A stretch of DNA of 64,000 nt from contig CAVYSW010000010.1 of NCBI GenBank assembly GCA_963771275.1, forward strand, positions 288,001-352,000, in the 5' to 3' direction. The notes beneath the pieces are model-generated. The model ran no database searches. It was not told the origin of the DNA and was given only the letters and a program-made list of their open reading frames with translations. The DNA is from an uncultured Gemmatimonadales bacterium. Its GTDB lineage: Bacteria > Gemmatimonadota > Gemmatimonadetes > Gemmatimonadales > GWC2-71-9. Made by a program: the position numbers and the translations under genes. Shown piece after piece: positions 1 through 12,491 of this stretch (the first letter of the stretch is position 1; each line of letters opens with the position of its first letter).

Positions 1-2894
<2,894 letters not shown>

Positions 2895-3059
2895 CACATG
2901 ACAACTGCTTTATCGGCAATAGCTTGCGCGCATCAGGGCGGTCGGGCTCCACCCCTGTGACAGGTGTGTGACACGTGGATCACCGTACCCGCGACGGCTG
3001 GTGCGGCGGTGGACTCCACGGTACAATTACGGCCCCCGTTTCCTCGTTCCCAGAGGCCC

Positions 3060-5261
3060 ATGAAGGACGCACTTGCCGCCACGCCGACCACCCCGCCGCC
3101 GGGGGGTACGCGTGGGGCGGACCCGGTGCGTCCACCCGCGGTTCCGCTCGAGGCGCCCGAGGCGTTCTTCAATCGCGAGCTGAGCTGGCTCGCCTTTGCG
3201 CGCCGCGTGGTGGCGCTGGTGGAGCAGCCGTCGTTGCCGCTGCTCGAGCGGCTGAAGTTCGCCGGGATTTCCGGCATGCTGCACGACGAGTTCTTCATGA
3301 AGCGGATGAGTGGGCTCAAGCGGCAGATCACCCGGCGCTCGCAGCGGCGCTCGCTCGACGGGCGGACCCCGCAGGAAGAGTTCGACGCGTGCCGCCGCGA
3401 GCTGCTCGCACAGGCGGAGGTGCTGGGCCGGGTGATCGACACCGAGATCAGGCCCGCCCTGGCCCGCCAGGGGCTGGGCATCCATGACTACGGCACCCTG
3501 GACCCGTCGCAACAGGCCGGGCTGCGGACGTACTTCACGCGATCGGTGATGCCGATTCTCACGCCGCTCGCGGTGGATTCGGAGCACCCGTTCCCGTTCA
3601 TTTCCAGCCTCGGGCTCAACCTCGCGATCGTGCTGCCGGAGGGGGAGGGGCGGTGGCGTTTCGTGCGCGTCAAGGTCCCGAACAACCGCCCGCGGTGGGT
3701 CCCGCTGCCCAACGGCGATGGGTTCACGTCGCTCGAGCAGGTGATCGCCCACAACATCGACTTGTTCTACCCGAAGACTGAGGAGACGGCGGTCTACGCC
3801 TTTCGCGTGACCCGCGGCGCCGAGGGCGAGGTCCCCGAGCAGGCGGACGAGGACGTCGTCCAGCTCCCGGGCTCGATCGTGGAGCAGGTGAGCCGGGAGC
3901 TCAAGGCGCGTCGGTTCGCCGGCGTCGTGCGGGTGCAGCTGGAAGCGGGCATGCCCGAGGGCCTGGTGCGCTGGCTGTGCGAGCAGCTGAAGGCCAGCGC
4001 GGACGACGTCTATCACACGGGCTCGTTCCTTGGCCTGAGCGATCTGCTGGAGCTCCAGGCCGCGGGTCGCGACGATCTGCGCCTGCCGCCGCACCAGCCC
4101 GTCACGCATCCCCGCCTCCGCGCGCTCGCCGCAGACGACGGGCAGGCGATTCTGGCGGAGATCGCGCGCGGCGACCTGCTATTGCACCACCCGTACGACA
4201 GCTTCGACACGTCGGTGATGCGGTTCATCGAATCTGCCGCGGCCGATCCGGCCGTGCTGGCGATCAAGCTCACGATTTACCGGACCAGCAGCGACTCGCC
4301 GATCGTGCGGGCGCTGGCCGAAGCCGCGCGACGCGGCAAGCAGGTGGCCGTCGTCGTGGAGATCACGGCGCGGTTCGACGAGGCGCCGAACATCGCCTGG
4401 GGGAAGTTCCTCGAGAACGAGGGCGCGCACGTCGTTTACGGGGTGGAGCGGCTCAAGACGCACGTCAAGCTGGCGCTCGTCGTCCGCGAGGAGCGCGGCG
4501 AGCTGCGCCGCTACGCGCACATCGGCACGGGGAACTACCACTCCGGCACGGCCAAGCTGTACGAGGACCTCGGCATTCTCACGGCCGACGCCGAGGTCTG
4601 CGACGCGGTCGCGGCCGTGTTCGACGAGCTGACCGGCACGACGCCGCACCGCGCGCACCACCGGCTGCTCGTGGCGCCCCACGACATGCGGGAGCGGTTC
4701 ACCGTGCTGGTGCGGCGGGAGGCGGAGCACGCCGCGGCGGGCCGGGCCTGCGGCATTTGCGCCAAGATGAACCAGCTGCAGGACCCGGAGATGATCCGGG
4801 AGCTGTACCGCGCGAGCCAGGCGGGCGTGCCGATCACCCTGTATGTGCGGGGCCTCTGCGCGCTCCGACCCGGGGTCCCGGGGCTCTCCGAGACGATCCG
4901 GGTGTCGAGCGTCGTGGGCCGGTTTCTGGAGCACAGCCGGGTCTACCGGTTCACCAACGGCGGGGCGCGCGAGCACTACATCGGCTCCGCCGACTGGATG
5001 CACCGCAACCTGACGAACCGGGTGGAGACCGTCGTCTCGATCACGGATCCCGTGCTGCAGCGGGAGCTCGACGCGATCCTCGACGTGTACGAGCGCGACA
5101 ACTGCTCGGCCTGGGACTGTGGCCCCGACGGCGTTTACGTGCAGCGCGTCCCCGGACCCGGTGAGACTCCCCGCACTGCGCAGGTCGCGTTCATCGAGCG
5201 GGCCAGGAAGCGGCGGGAGGCGGGGAGCCGACGGCGGGAGGGCGGAACGAGTGAAACGTGA
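3060..5261 (+). CDS. ppk1: Polyphosphate kinase 1
   Basis: FNRELSWLAF, HPFPFIS, LLHHPYDSF, ARFDE, KTHVK, GTGNY, GRFLEHSR and SADWM motifs. ATG at 3060 is the preferred start. Confidence 0.95.
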   Translation: MKDALAATPTTPPPGGTRGADPVRPPAVPLEAPEAFFNRELSWLAFARRVVALVEQPSLPLLERLKFAGISGMLHDEFFMKRMSGLKRQITRRSQRRSLDGRTPQEEFDACRRELLAQAEVLGRVIDTEIRPALARQGLGIHDYGTLDPSQQAGLRTYFTRSVMPILTPLAVDSEHPFPFISSLGLNLAIVLPEGEGRWRFVRVKVPNNRPRWVPLPNGDGFTSLEQVIAHNIDLFYPKTEETAVYAFRVTRGAEGEVPEQADEDVVQLPGSIVEQVSRELKARRFAGVVRVQLEAGMPEGLVRWLCEQLKASADDVYHTGSFLGLSDLLELQAAGRDDLRLPPHQPVTHPRLRALAADDGQAILAEIARGDLLLHHPYDSFDTSVMRFIESAAADPAVLAIKLTIYRTSSDSPIVRALAEAARRGKQVAVVVEITARFDEAPNIAWGKFLENEGAHVVYGVERLKTHVKLALVVREERGELRRYAHIGTGNYHSGTAKLYEDLGILTADAEVCDAVAAVFDELTGTTPHRAHHRLLVAPHDMRERFTVLVRREAEHAAAGRACGICAKMNQLQDPEMIRELYRASQAGVPITLYVRGLCALRPGVPGLSETIRVSSVVGRFLEHSRVYRFTNGGAREHYIGSADWMHRNLTNRVETVVSITDPVLQRELDAILDVYERDNCSAWDCGPDGVYVQRVPGPGETPRTAQVAFIERARKRREAGSRRREGGTSET

Positions 5262-5354
5262 AATGTGAAATGTGAAAACTGCGCGAAAGGGGAAGCGGGA
5301 AACGTGACGGTCGTTTCCCGTTTCCCTTTTCCCTTTTCCCTCTTCACCTTTCAC
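5251..5354. repeat. Inverted heptamer-tandem element (GTGAAAN/GGGAAAC ... GTTTCCC/NTTTCAC), probable bidirectional hairpin
   Basis: GTGAAAN x4 and GGGAA(G/A)C x2, then GTTTCCC x2, TTTTCCC x2, TCTTCAC and CTTTCAC. It fills the gap between convergent genes. Confidence 0.8.
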
Positions 5355-6023
5355 TCACTGCCGCACCAGCTCCGGCCGCACGGTGAGGATCGTGGTGGCG
5401 TTTCCCGGGAGCAACTGGGCGTTGCCGAGCACGACCGTCTGCCCATCGCGCGCGTTAAGCGACGTGCTGAGCGCCGGTCGACCCCCGCTGCCCAGCTCCA
5501 CATGCAGCTCCACGACGCCAGAGTCACCGATCGCCCGCACGCTCCCGATGCCCGCTTCGATGCGATAGGAGCGGCCGCCACCCGCTGCGACGTTCTGCAC
5601 CAGGTTGCTCCGCGCGGCACCCGTTACTTGCGCCTCCGCCACGAGCCGGTAGCCCTGAAAGCGGAACAGCTTCCGCAACTGGGCTTCCACGTCCGCGATG
5701 CGCGGGTCCGCGCCGCTTGCTCCGTCGGCCTCGATCACCTGAAAGTGGAGCTGCACCCACGGCTGAGGAACGTCGTACTGTGCGAGGACGCGGGCGATCT
5801 TCTCGAGGTTGTCCGGCGTTTCCCGGACGGTGACGGTGTTCTGGGTGAAGCTCATCGTACCGGCCCGCCCGGTGCGGTCGGTGAACACATAAGGCTGGAT
5901 GAGACCCTGCGCCGCGCCGGGGTCGAGGTAGTTCAGCGGGAAGGTCCGCGCGTCGAGCTCGGACTCGCGATCGCAGCCGGCGAGCGTGAAGGCGAGTGCG
6001 GCGAGCAGCAGCATGGGGCGCAT
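5355..6023 (-). CDS. Lipoprotein with secretin N-terminal (N3/NolW-like) domain
   Basis: Lipobox LAGC; NTVTVRETPDNLEKIARVLAQYDVP followed by VQLHFQVIEA and DGQTVVLG resemble secretin segments. Confidence 0.6.
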   Translation of the reverse strand: MRPMLLLAALAFTLAGCDRESELDARTFPLNYLDPGAAQGLIQPYVFTDRTGRAGTMSFTQNTVTVRETPDNLEKIARVLAQYDVPQPWVQLHFQVIEADGASGADPRIADVEAQLRKLFRFQGYRLVAEAQVTGAARSNLVQNVAAGGGRSYRIEAGIGSVRAIGDSGVVELHVELGSGGRPALSTSLNARDGQTVVLGNAQLLPGNATTILTVRPELVRQ

Positions 6024-6035
6024 CGGATCACTCCT

Positions 6036-6518
6036 CTAGTCTGGGAATTGCCAGACCACGACGATGTCGGGATTGGCAGTCTTGAACACGGCGACGGTGT
6101 GCGCCGCGCTGGCGACGAGCGGGAGGTCGGCCGGGGCGGCAGAGGCCGCAGGCGCCGCCGGGGCCGCAGAGGCGGCAGGAGCGGCACCGCGTGGCCCGAA
6201 AATCGTAGTGCGGGAGAGCAAAACCGCGGCGACGCCGGCGGCGGCCAGCGTGGGCGCCGCCAGGAGCCAGCGCCGGCGGGCTCGCCGAATTCGGTCCGCC
6301 TCCGCCCGGGCGACGCCGGCGGCCGCGTCCACCGCCCGACCAGGCCGTCGCATTCGCTCGCGGCGCAACGTCTCCGTCGTTCCCACGACGCGATCCGCCA
6401 ATCGGCGGCACTCGGCGCACGCGGCGAGGTGCGCGGCCAGCGGGGTGCCCGACGGGCGGTGCAGCTCGGCCAGGTCGGCGTCGAGCAGCGCATTTCGGGC
6501 ATCGGCACAGGTCATCAT
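6036..6518 (-). CDS. Zinc-finger (zf-HC2) membrane anti-sigma factor
   Basis: MMTCADAR...AHLAACAECRR (HxxxCxxC), one TM segment, GAGGAGG RBS; directly downstream of an ECF sigma gene. Confidence 0.8.
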   Translation of the reverse strand: MMTCADARNALLDADLAELHRPSGTPLAAHLAACAECRRLADRVVGTTETLRRERMRRPGRAVDAAAGVARAEADRIRRARRRWLLAAPTLAAAGVAAVLLSRTTIFGPRGAAPAASAAPAAPAASAAPADLPLVASAAHTVAVFKTANPDIVVVWQFPD

Positions 6519-6528
6519 CTCGTCCTCC

Positions 6529-7098
6529 TCACGCCTCGTAGCCGACCGCGAGCATCGCCGCACGAACGGCGCGCCGCGCGCGGAACAGATGGGTACGCGC
6601 CGTTGCCGCGCTCACGCCGAGCAGGCTCGCGGCCTCGTGCGCCTCATAGCCCTGGAGCTCCACCAGGTCGAACACCTCGCGCTGCCGACCCGGCAGCCGC
6701 GCGAGCGCCGCGCGCGCGGCGTCCACGGTCTCGCGCCGCTCGACCTCGGCCGCCGGGTCCGCGGCCGCGGCGGGGGCGTCAGCGAGCTGCCGCATGCGGT
6801 CCATCGCGCGGAGTCGGCGCGCATGGCGGCGATGGACGTCCCGCGCGGCGTTCCGGGTGACCTGGTACAGCCACGTCGAGAAGCGCGCGCCGCCGCGGAA
6901 CCGGCCCAGGCCAAGGTGCAGGCGGACGAGCACCTGCTGCGTCACGTCGTCCGCGTCGTCCGGGTCGCCGGTGTGGCCCACGGCCCAGCGATAGACCCGC
7001 GCGTACCATCGGTCCACCAAGCCGCGGAAGGCGGTCGGATCTCCCCGCTGGGCGCGGGCGATCAGCTCCTCGTCGCAGATGATCTCGGCGGCAGCCAC
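6529..7098 (-). CDS. ECF RNA polymerase sigma factor
   Basis: DEELIARAQRGDPTAF, DADDVTQ, FSTWLYQVTRN and LPGRQREVF...TARTHLFRAR (regions 2 and 4). Confidence 0.92.
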   Translation of the reverse strand: MAAAEIICDEELIARAQRGDPTAFRGLVDRWYARVYRWAVGHTGDPDDADDVTQQVLVRLHLGLGRFRGGARFSTWLYQVTRNAARDVHRRHARRLRAMDRMRQLADAPAAAADPAAEVERRETVDAARAALARLPGRQREVFDLVELQGYEAHEAASLLGVSAATARTHLFRARRAVRAAMLAVGYEA

Positions 7099-7278
7099 CG
7101 TGATGCGGTCTCCGGTTCATGCGGTAGTGGGACGTCGGTGGAGCCCAGCGCGTTTACAGGGGTCAGGGCGGGGGAGAGGGGGCAAGATGAGCCCGCTTCG
7201 GACTCCTCTGTCTCTGTCCCACTCCCCCTCCGCCCCTTCCTTCCGTAAGTTCAACCCTCCCTGCAATGGAGCCCAGCA

Positions 7279-7797
7279 ATGCCGACGAAAGCCGTGGAAG
7301 CCGCCATCAACGACCAGATCGCCAAGGAGTTCTACGCCTCCCATCTGTACCTGTCCATGGCCGCGTGGTTCGAGGATCAGAACCTGCCCGGCTTCGGCCA
7401 TTGGATGCGGATGCAGGCGGGCGAAGAGCACGGGCACGCCATGCGCCTGTTCGACTACCTCATCGAGGCGGGAGGCCGCGTGCGGCTGGCCGGTGTGGCG
7501 GAGCCGGCGAGCGACTTCAAAGGGCCGATGCAGATCATGCAGGAGTCGCTCAAGCATGAGCAGAAGGTCACGGCCTCGATCCGCAAGCTCTACGAGCTGG
7601 CGGACAAGGAGAAGGACTACGCGACGCAGCTCCACTTGCAATGGTTCATCACCGAGCAGCTCGAGGAGGAGAAGCAGGCGAGCGACATCATCGCGCGCTT
7701 GAAGCTCGCCGGCAACAACCCGGTGGCTCTGCTCATGATCGACGGCGAGCTGGGCGGGCGAGCCCCGGAGGCGGAGGCGGACGGGGAAGCCGAGTGA
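7279..7797 (+). CDS. ftnA: Non-heme ferritin
   Basis: NDQIAKEFYASHLYLSM, EEHGHAM, HEQKVT and LQWFITEQLEEE ferroxidase-centre motifs. Confidence 0.93.
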   Translation: MPTKAVEAAINDQIAKEFYASHLYLSMAAWFEDQNLPGFGHWMRMQAGEEHGHAMRLFDYLIEAGGRVRLAGVAEPASDFKGPMQIMQESLKHEQKVTASIRKLYELADKEKDYATQLHLQWFITEQLEEEKQASDIIARLKLAGNNPVALLMIDGELGGRAPEAEADGEAE

Positions 7798-7836
7798 CCC
7801 GGCCCCGCCGGTAAGCGCGCTCCGGTCGGAATCTCC

Positions 7837-10083
7837 GTGGCGACCGAAGTCAGGCTCTCCCGCGAGCTCAAGCTCCTCGACATCACGATGATCGGTGTCG
7901 GCGCCATGATCGGCGCCGGCATCTTCGTGCTGACCGGGATCGCCGCGGGGGTGGCCGGGCCGGCGCTGCTGATCGCGTTCCTCCTGAACGGGGTCGTGGC
8001 GCTGCTCACGGCGATGGCGTACGCCGAGCTGGGCAGCGCGTTCCACGACGCGGGCGGCGGCTATCTCTGGGTCAAGACGTCGCTGCCCGATCCCAACGGA
8101 TTCCTCAGCGGCTGGATGTCGTGGTTCGCCCACGCGGTCGCGTGCTCGCTGTACGCGCTGGGATTCGGCGCCTATTTCCGGCTGCTCTTGACGGCGACCG
8201 GCGTGCCGGAGTTTCACCTCGGGTTCATGACGCTCGAGAAGTGGCTGGCCGTGGTCACCTGCGTCGTGTTCGCCTACATCAATTTCCGTGGCGCGGCGGA
8301 GGCCGGCAAAGCGGGCAACGTGGTCACGGTGAGCAAGGTCGTGGTGATCGCGGCGTTCATCGCGCTGGGCCTGGTGGTGCTGGGCCGCCGGCCCGACTGG
8401 CACGCCGCGTTCCAGCCGTTCTTCAGCAACGGCTGGGGCGGGGTGTTCGCCGCGATGGGGCTCACGTTCATTGCGTTCGAGGGGTACGAGATCATCGCGC
8501 AGACCAGCGAGGAAGTGGAGAACCCGAAGCGCAATGTCCCGCGAGCGATCTTCCTGTCGCTGCTCATCGTGATCCCGATCTACCTGCTGGTGGCGTTCGT
8601 GGCGATCGCGGCGGTGCAGCCGCCCGCCGGGATGCGCATTGCGGAGTACCTCGGCTCGCAGAAGGAGATCGCCCTGGTGCGGGCGGCCGACCAGTTCCTG
8701 GCGGGGGGCGGCTTCGTGATCCTGGTGGGCGGGCTGCTCTCGACGCTGTCCGCGCTCAACGCCACGATCTTCTCGTCGTCGCGCGTGGCGTTTGCGATGG
8801 CGCGGGATGCGAACCTCCCGACCGCGCTGAGCGCGGTCCACCCGCGGCGCGCGACCCCGCACAATGCGATCCTCGCCTCCGCCGTGATCGTGATCGGGAT
8901 GGCGGTGCTGCTGCCGATCGAGGACGTCGCCGCCGCTGCCGACATCATGTTCCTGCTGCTGTTCGTGCAGGTGAACGTGGCGGTGATGCGGCTGCGGCGC
9001 AGCCGGCCGGATCTCGACCGGGGCTTCAAGGTCCCGCTGATGCCGCTGACGCCGGTGCTCGCGATCGGGACGATGCTGTTCCTCGCCGTGTTCTTGTTCA
9101 CGCGCTACCCGATGGCGTGGGTGGCGGCAGGGGTCTGGATCGCGGCCGGGGCCGGCGTCTACTACGGGTATGCGCGCACGCGGGAGGCCGTCCACCTCAA
9201 GCGCGCGGAGTGGATGGAGCGGATCGAGCGCAAGCAGTACCGGGTTCTGGTCGCCGTGTCGAGCCCTCGCACGGTGGAGTCGCTGATGGAAGTGGCGGTG
9301 GCGATCGCCAAGCCGCACCAGGGCGAGGTGGTGGCGGTAAGCGTCGCGGAGGTGCCCGAAGGCGCGGCGTTGGCCACGGGCCAGCAGCGGCTGGACCGGC
9401 TCGATCCCGTGCTGCGGCAGGCGGTGCGCTATGCGGAGCAGCGTGGCGTCCGGGCCCGGCCGATCGTCGAGGTGGCGCGGCGCGTGAGCCACGGGATCGT
9501 CGAGGCGGCGCGCGAGGAGGAGTGCAACTTCCTGGTGATCGGGCAGCCGGTGGCGCACTCGTTCGTCGAACGCATCGTGGCGTCGATCGTCGAGCGGGTG
9601 CTGCAGGAGGCGCCGTCCCAGGTGGGGATCGTGTTCGGTGCCGTGCGCCCGGAGGCGGTGCAGCGGATCGTCGTCCCGATCACGAAGGGGGCGAACCCCA
9701 AGCTGGCTGCGGAGCTGGCCCCGAAACTCGGCGGTTGGTTCGGTGCGCCGGTCAAGGCGGTGACGGTGGTGCCGGTGGATGTGAGCGAGGCGGAGGGCGA
9801 GGCGCTGGTGACCGACGCGCGCGCCACGCTCGCCGCCGCGGGATACACGGAGGAGTTGGAGGTGCTGCGCCGGCGAGAGGTCGGGCTTGGCCTCGCGCAG
9901 GCGTTGCGGCGCGGCGATCTCGTGCTGATCGGCGCGCCGAGCGCGGGCCCGGTAGCGACGATCCTCGGCCTGACGGTACCGGCCGAGCTCGCCGCGCGGC
10001 GGCGGGTGCCGGTGGTGGCGGTGCGCGACGTGGAGCAACGCAAGGTGCGCCGGTTCGAGCGGGTGTTTTTCGGGAAGGGGTGA
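7837..10083 (+). CDS. APC-family amino acid permease with C-terminal universal-stress (USP)-like domains
   Basis: GAMIGAGIF, AYAELGSA and FIAFEGYE with about 12 TMs; C-terminal RVLVAVSS and RIVVPITKG USP-like strands. Confidence 0.85.
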   Translation: MATEVRLSRELKLLDITMIGVGAMIGAGIFVLTGIAAGVAGPALLIAFLLNGVVALLTAMAYAELGSAFHDAGGGYLWVKTSLPDPNGFLSGWMSWFAHAVACSLYALGFGAYFRLLLTATGVPEFHLGFMTLEKWLAVVTCVVFAYINFRGAAEAGKAGNVVTVSKVVVIAAFIALGLVVLGRRPDWHAAFQPFFSNGWGGVFAAMGLTFIAFEGYEIIAQTSEEVENPKRNVPRAIFLSLLIVIPIYLLVAFVAIAAVQPPAGMRIAEYLGSQKEIALVRAADQFLAGGGFVILVGGLLSTLSALNATIFSSSRVAFAMARDANLPTALSAVHPRRATPHNAILASAVIVIGMAVLLPIEDVAAAADIMFLLLFVQVNVAVMRLRRSRPDLDRGFKVPLMPLTPVLAIGTMLFLAVFLFTRYPMAWVAAGVWIAAGAGVYYGYARTREAVHLKRAEWMERIERKQYRVLVAVSSPRTVESLMEVAVAIAKPHQGEVVAVSVAEVPEGAALATGQQRLDRLDPVLRQAVRYAEQRGVRARPIVEVARRVSHGIVEAAREEECNFLVIGQPVAHSFVERIVASIVERVLQEAPSQVGIVFGAVRPEAVQRIVVPITKGANPKLAAELAPKLGGWFGAPVKAVTVVPVDVSEAEGEALVTDARATLAAAGYTEELEVLRRREVGLGLAQALRRGDLVLIGAPSAGPVATILGLTVPAELAARRRVPVVAVRDVEQRKVRRFERVFFGKG

Positions 10084-10090
10084 GCTGACG

Positions 10091-10762
10091 ATGCAGCAAC
10101 AGGACAGCGGCGCGCTCGCCGAGTTCGTCCGGCGGGTGACGGAGTACCTGCCCACGCTCGCGGCCGGGCTGCTGGTGGTGGCGCTCGGCGTCGTGGTGGG
10201 CTGGGTTGTCAAGCGACTCGTCGTGCGCATCCTCACGTGGCTGCGGCTTGACCGGCTGGCCGGCCGGGTCGGGTGGCGGGCGGCGATGGGGAAGGGTGAC
10301 GTGCGGGCGGCGCTCTACGAGCTGGTGGGGAACATCGCGTTCATCATCGTCGTGCTGATCTTCCTGGACAACGCGCTGCAGATCCTCGGCCTGCTGGTGC
10401 TGTCGCGGCTGCTCGACTCGGTGGTGTTCTACCTGCCGAATCTCGGGGTCGTGGCGGCGATCGCGGTTGCCGGCCTGGTGATCGCGAACGTGCTGTCGCA
10501 GCGGCTGGAGGACGCGCTCGAGGAAGAGGAGATCGAGCACGCGCGGCTGATCGCGAAGCTCCTGAAGGGCGCGCTCTACGCGATCGTCGGCGCGCTCGTG
10601 CTGTGGCAGCTGGGGTTCGCGCGCCAGATCGTGCTCGCCTCGTTCTTGATCATGTTCGGCGCCGTCGGGGTGGCATTCGCGGTGGCGGTGGGCGTCGGCT
10701 CCGCCAAGGCGGTGCAGGGCGGATGGGAGGGGCTGTTCGCGAAGAAGAGGAAGGAGAAGTAG
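10091..10762 (+). CDS. CmpX-like / MscS TM-helix repeat membrane protein
   Basis: Two repeats of YLP(T/N)L...(I/V)xxxGxxI and C-terminal AFAVAVGVG; no cytoplasmic MscS cage. Confidence 0.7.
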   Translation: MQQQDSGALAEFVRRVTEYLPTLAAGLLVVALGVVVGWVVKRLVVRILTWLRLDRLAGRVGWRAAMGKGDVRAALYELVGNIAFIIVVLIFLDNALQILGLLVLSRLLDSVVFYLPNLGVVAAIAVAGLVIANVLSQRLEDALEEEEIEHARLIAKLLKGALYAIVGALVLWQLGFARQIVLASFLIMFGAVGVAFAVAVGVGSAKAVQGGWEGLFAKKRKEK

Positions 10763-10763
10763 A

Positions 10764-10850
10764 CGGACAGGGTGGGATTCGAACCCACGAACCGGTTACC
10801 CGGTTACACGCTCTCCAGGCGTGTGCCTTCAGCCGCTCGGCCACCTGTCC
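10764..10850 (-). tRNA. tRNA-Ser (GGA)
   Basis: Reverse complement reads GGACAGG...CT GGA GA...long variable arm...GGTTCGAATCC...CCTGTCC G; CCA not encoded. Confidence 0.96.
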
Positions 10851-11065
10851 CGAGGCGCTAACCGGAGCAATTAAGCGGGGTTAGAAAACCAGGTCAACCC
10901 ACGCGCCGCGCCCCGGTACCGCTTGACCTACGAGTTCCGACCCGGCGGTGTGCTGCGCGATGCGTTCGCGATCGCGCCGCCCGGAACACCCGACGCCTTC
11001 GCGTCGTATCTCAACCTGGGAATCGCACAAGGGCGCAAGGTAACGTCCTGTCACAGGGAGCTCCA

Positions 11066-11596
11066 ATGAGTTGGGAGAACACCCACGTGACCACCGAGGT
11101 CCTCTGGCGCGGGACGCTCATCTTCGCGCCCGTCGATCTCGTCTTCGTGCTGGCACTCGCCCGCTTCGTCACCGCGACGCGGTTTCACGAGATCCGACGC
11201 CTGCTCGCCGCGACGACCGCCGTCTTTTGGTTCCTCATCTGGCTCGTGCTCGCCGCGACGGTCTTCTGGGAGCCGGTCTACTCCTACGTGTTCCCCGCGT
11301 GGGCCCGCTGGCTGCTGCCGCCGGCCCAGGCGCTCCTGTTCGCGGGGTTTGCCGCGCTGTCCACTTGGGTCGCACTGCGCCTGCCCGGCCGGCCGGTCGT
11401 CACGTTCTGCCTGCTCGGTGGGCTCTGGGGGTCGGTTACCCACGTGTGGGCCGTCTACGTTGGCATCCTGTCCAGGCCGCCGATGCTGCAGGGCGCGAGC
11501 CCCGCGGCAGCGGTGATCTTCGCGTTCTTCGAGTTCACGCTCTACTTCTGTATCATCGTCACGGCGACCCGGGCGGTGCGAGCGTGGAGACCCTGA
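11066..11596 (+). CDS. Hypothetical polytopic membrane protein
   Basis: AGGGAG RBS and about 5 hydrophobic segments. Confidence 0.7.
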   Translation: MSWENTHVTTEVLWRGTLIFAPVDLVFVLALARFVTATRFHEIRRLLAATTAVFWFLIWLVLAATVFWEPVYSYVFPAWARWLLPPAQALLFAGFAALSTWVALRLPGRPVVTFCLLGGLWGSVTHVWAVYVGILSRPPMLQGASPAAAVIFAFFEFTLYFCIIVTATRAVRAWRP

Positions 11597-11752
11597 TGAG
11601 GGCCGGTATGGGGAGACGCATAGGGGAATGAGCGCAGAGCCACCGCGCAGTCCGCCCCGCCGCCCGTCGCATGGGGTTAGCTTGTACGCACGGCTTCTCC
11701 TGGAACAGTCCGGCGCAGAACCGCAGCGAACCTCGGAGCGAGGAGCAAGATC

Positions 11753-12415
11753 ATGCGACGTGCTGTGACACTGGTGGCGATGGTGGGTCTGCTGTGGGGG
11801 TCGCTGAGTTGTGCGACGAAGGCCCAGACGGGGGCGATCGTGGGTGCGGGGGGTGGGGCAGTGGTTGGTGCCATCATCGGGAAGGCCACGGGAAGCACGG
11901 CGGCGGGCGCCATAATCGGTGCCGCCGTCGGCGGCGCTGCCGGAGCGATCATCGGCGACTACATGGACCGGCAGGCGGCCGAGATGCAGCGGGACCTCGA
12001 GGGGGCCAGGATCGAGCGCGTCGGCGAGGGCATCAAGATCACGTTCGCCGGCGGTCTGTTGTTCGACGTCGATCGTGCCGATCTCCGACCCGAGGCGCAG
12101 GCCAACCTCGTGAAGCTCACCAAGATCCTGCAGAAGTACGGCGACACGAACGTTCTGGTCGAGGGCCACACCGACGCCACGGGGGCCGAAGGCTACAACA
12201 TGGACCTCTCGCTCCGGCGCTCGTCGTCGGTGGCGACGTTCCTCGGCATCCAGGGGGTGGCGCGCGGCCGGCTGAGCGCCGTCGGCTATGGCGAGCTGCA
12301 GCCGATCGCGACCAACGAGACCGCCGACGGCCGGCAGCTGAACCGGCGCGTCGAGGTCGCGATTTGGGCGAACGACGATCTGAAGGCAGCCGCGAAGCGG
12401 CAGTCACAAGGCTAG
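11753..12415 (+). CDS. OmpA-family lipoprotein with glycine zipper
   Basis: Lipobox LSC, GAxxGA zipper, and VEGHTD, LSLRR and NRRVE peptidoglycan-binding motifs. Confidence 0.92.
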   Translation: MRRAVTLVAMVGLLWGSLSCATKAQTGAIVGAGGGAVVGAIIGKATGSTAAGAIIGAAVGGAAGAIIGDYMDRQAAEMQRDLEGARIERVGEGIKITFAGGLLFDVDRADLRPEAQANLVKLTKILQKYGDTNVLVEGHTDATGAEGYNMDLSLRRSSSVATFLGIQGVARGRLSAVGYGELQPIATNETADGRQLNRRVEVAIWANDDLKAAAKRQSQG

Positions 12416-12491
12416 CTCCTCCGCCCGGGGGTTCACCGGTTGGCGCGTTGCGAGGCGGCGCGGGGGCGAGCGCTGCGCGGAAGGCTGTCCG

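Noticed and set aside
7117..10236. Very long antisense and alternate-frame ORFs (e.g. 1039 aa here; also 559-2373, 20220-22757, 32932-35358, 35653-37659)
   Set aside because: They are shadows of real high-GC genes, with Arg/Pro/His-rich translations and no recognisable motifs.
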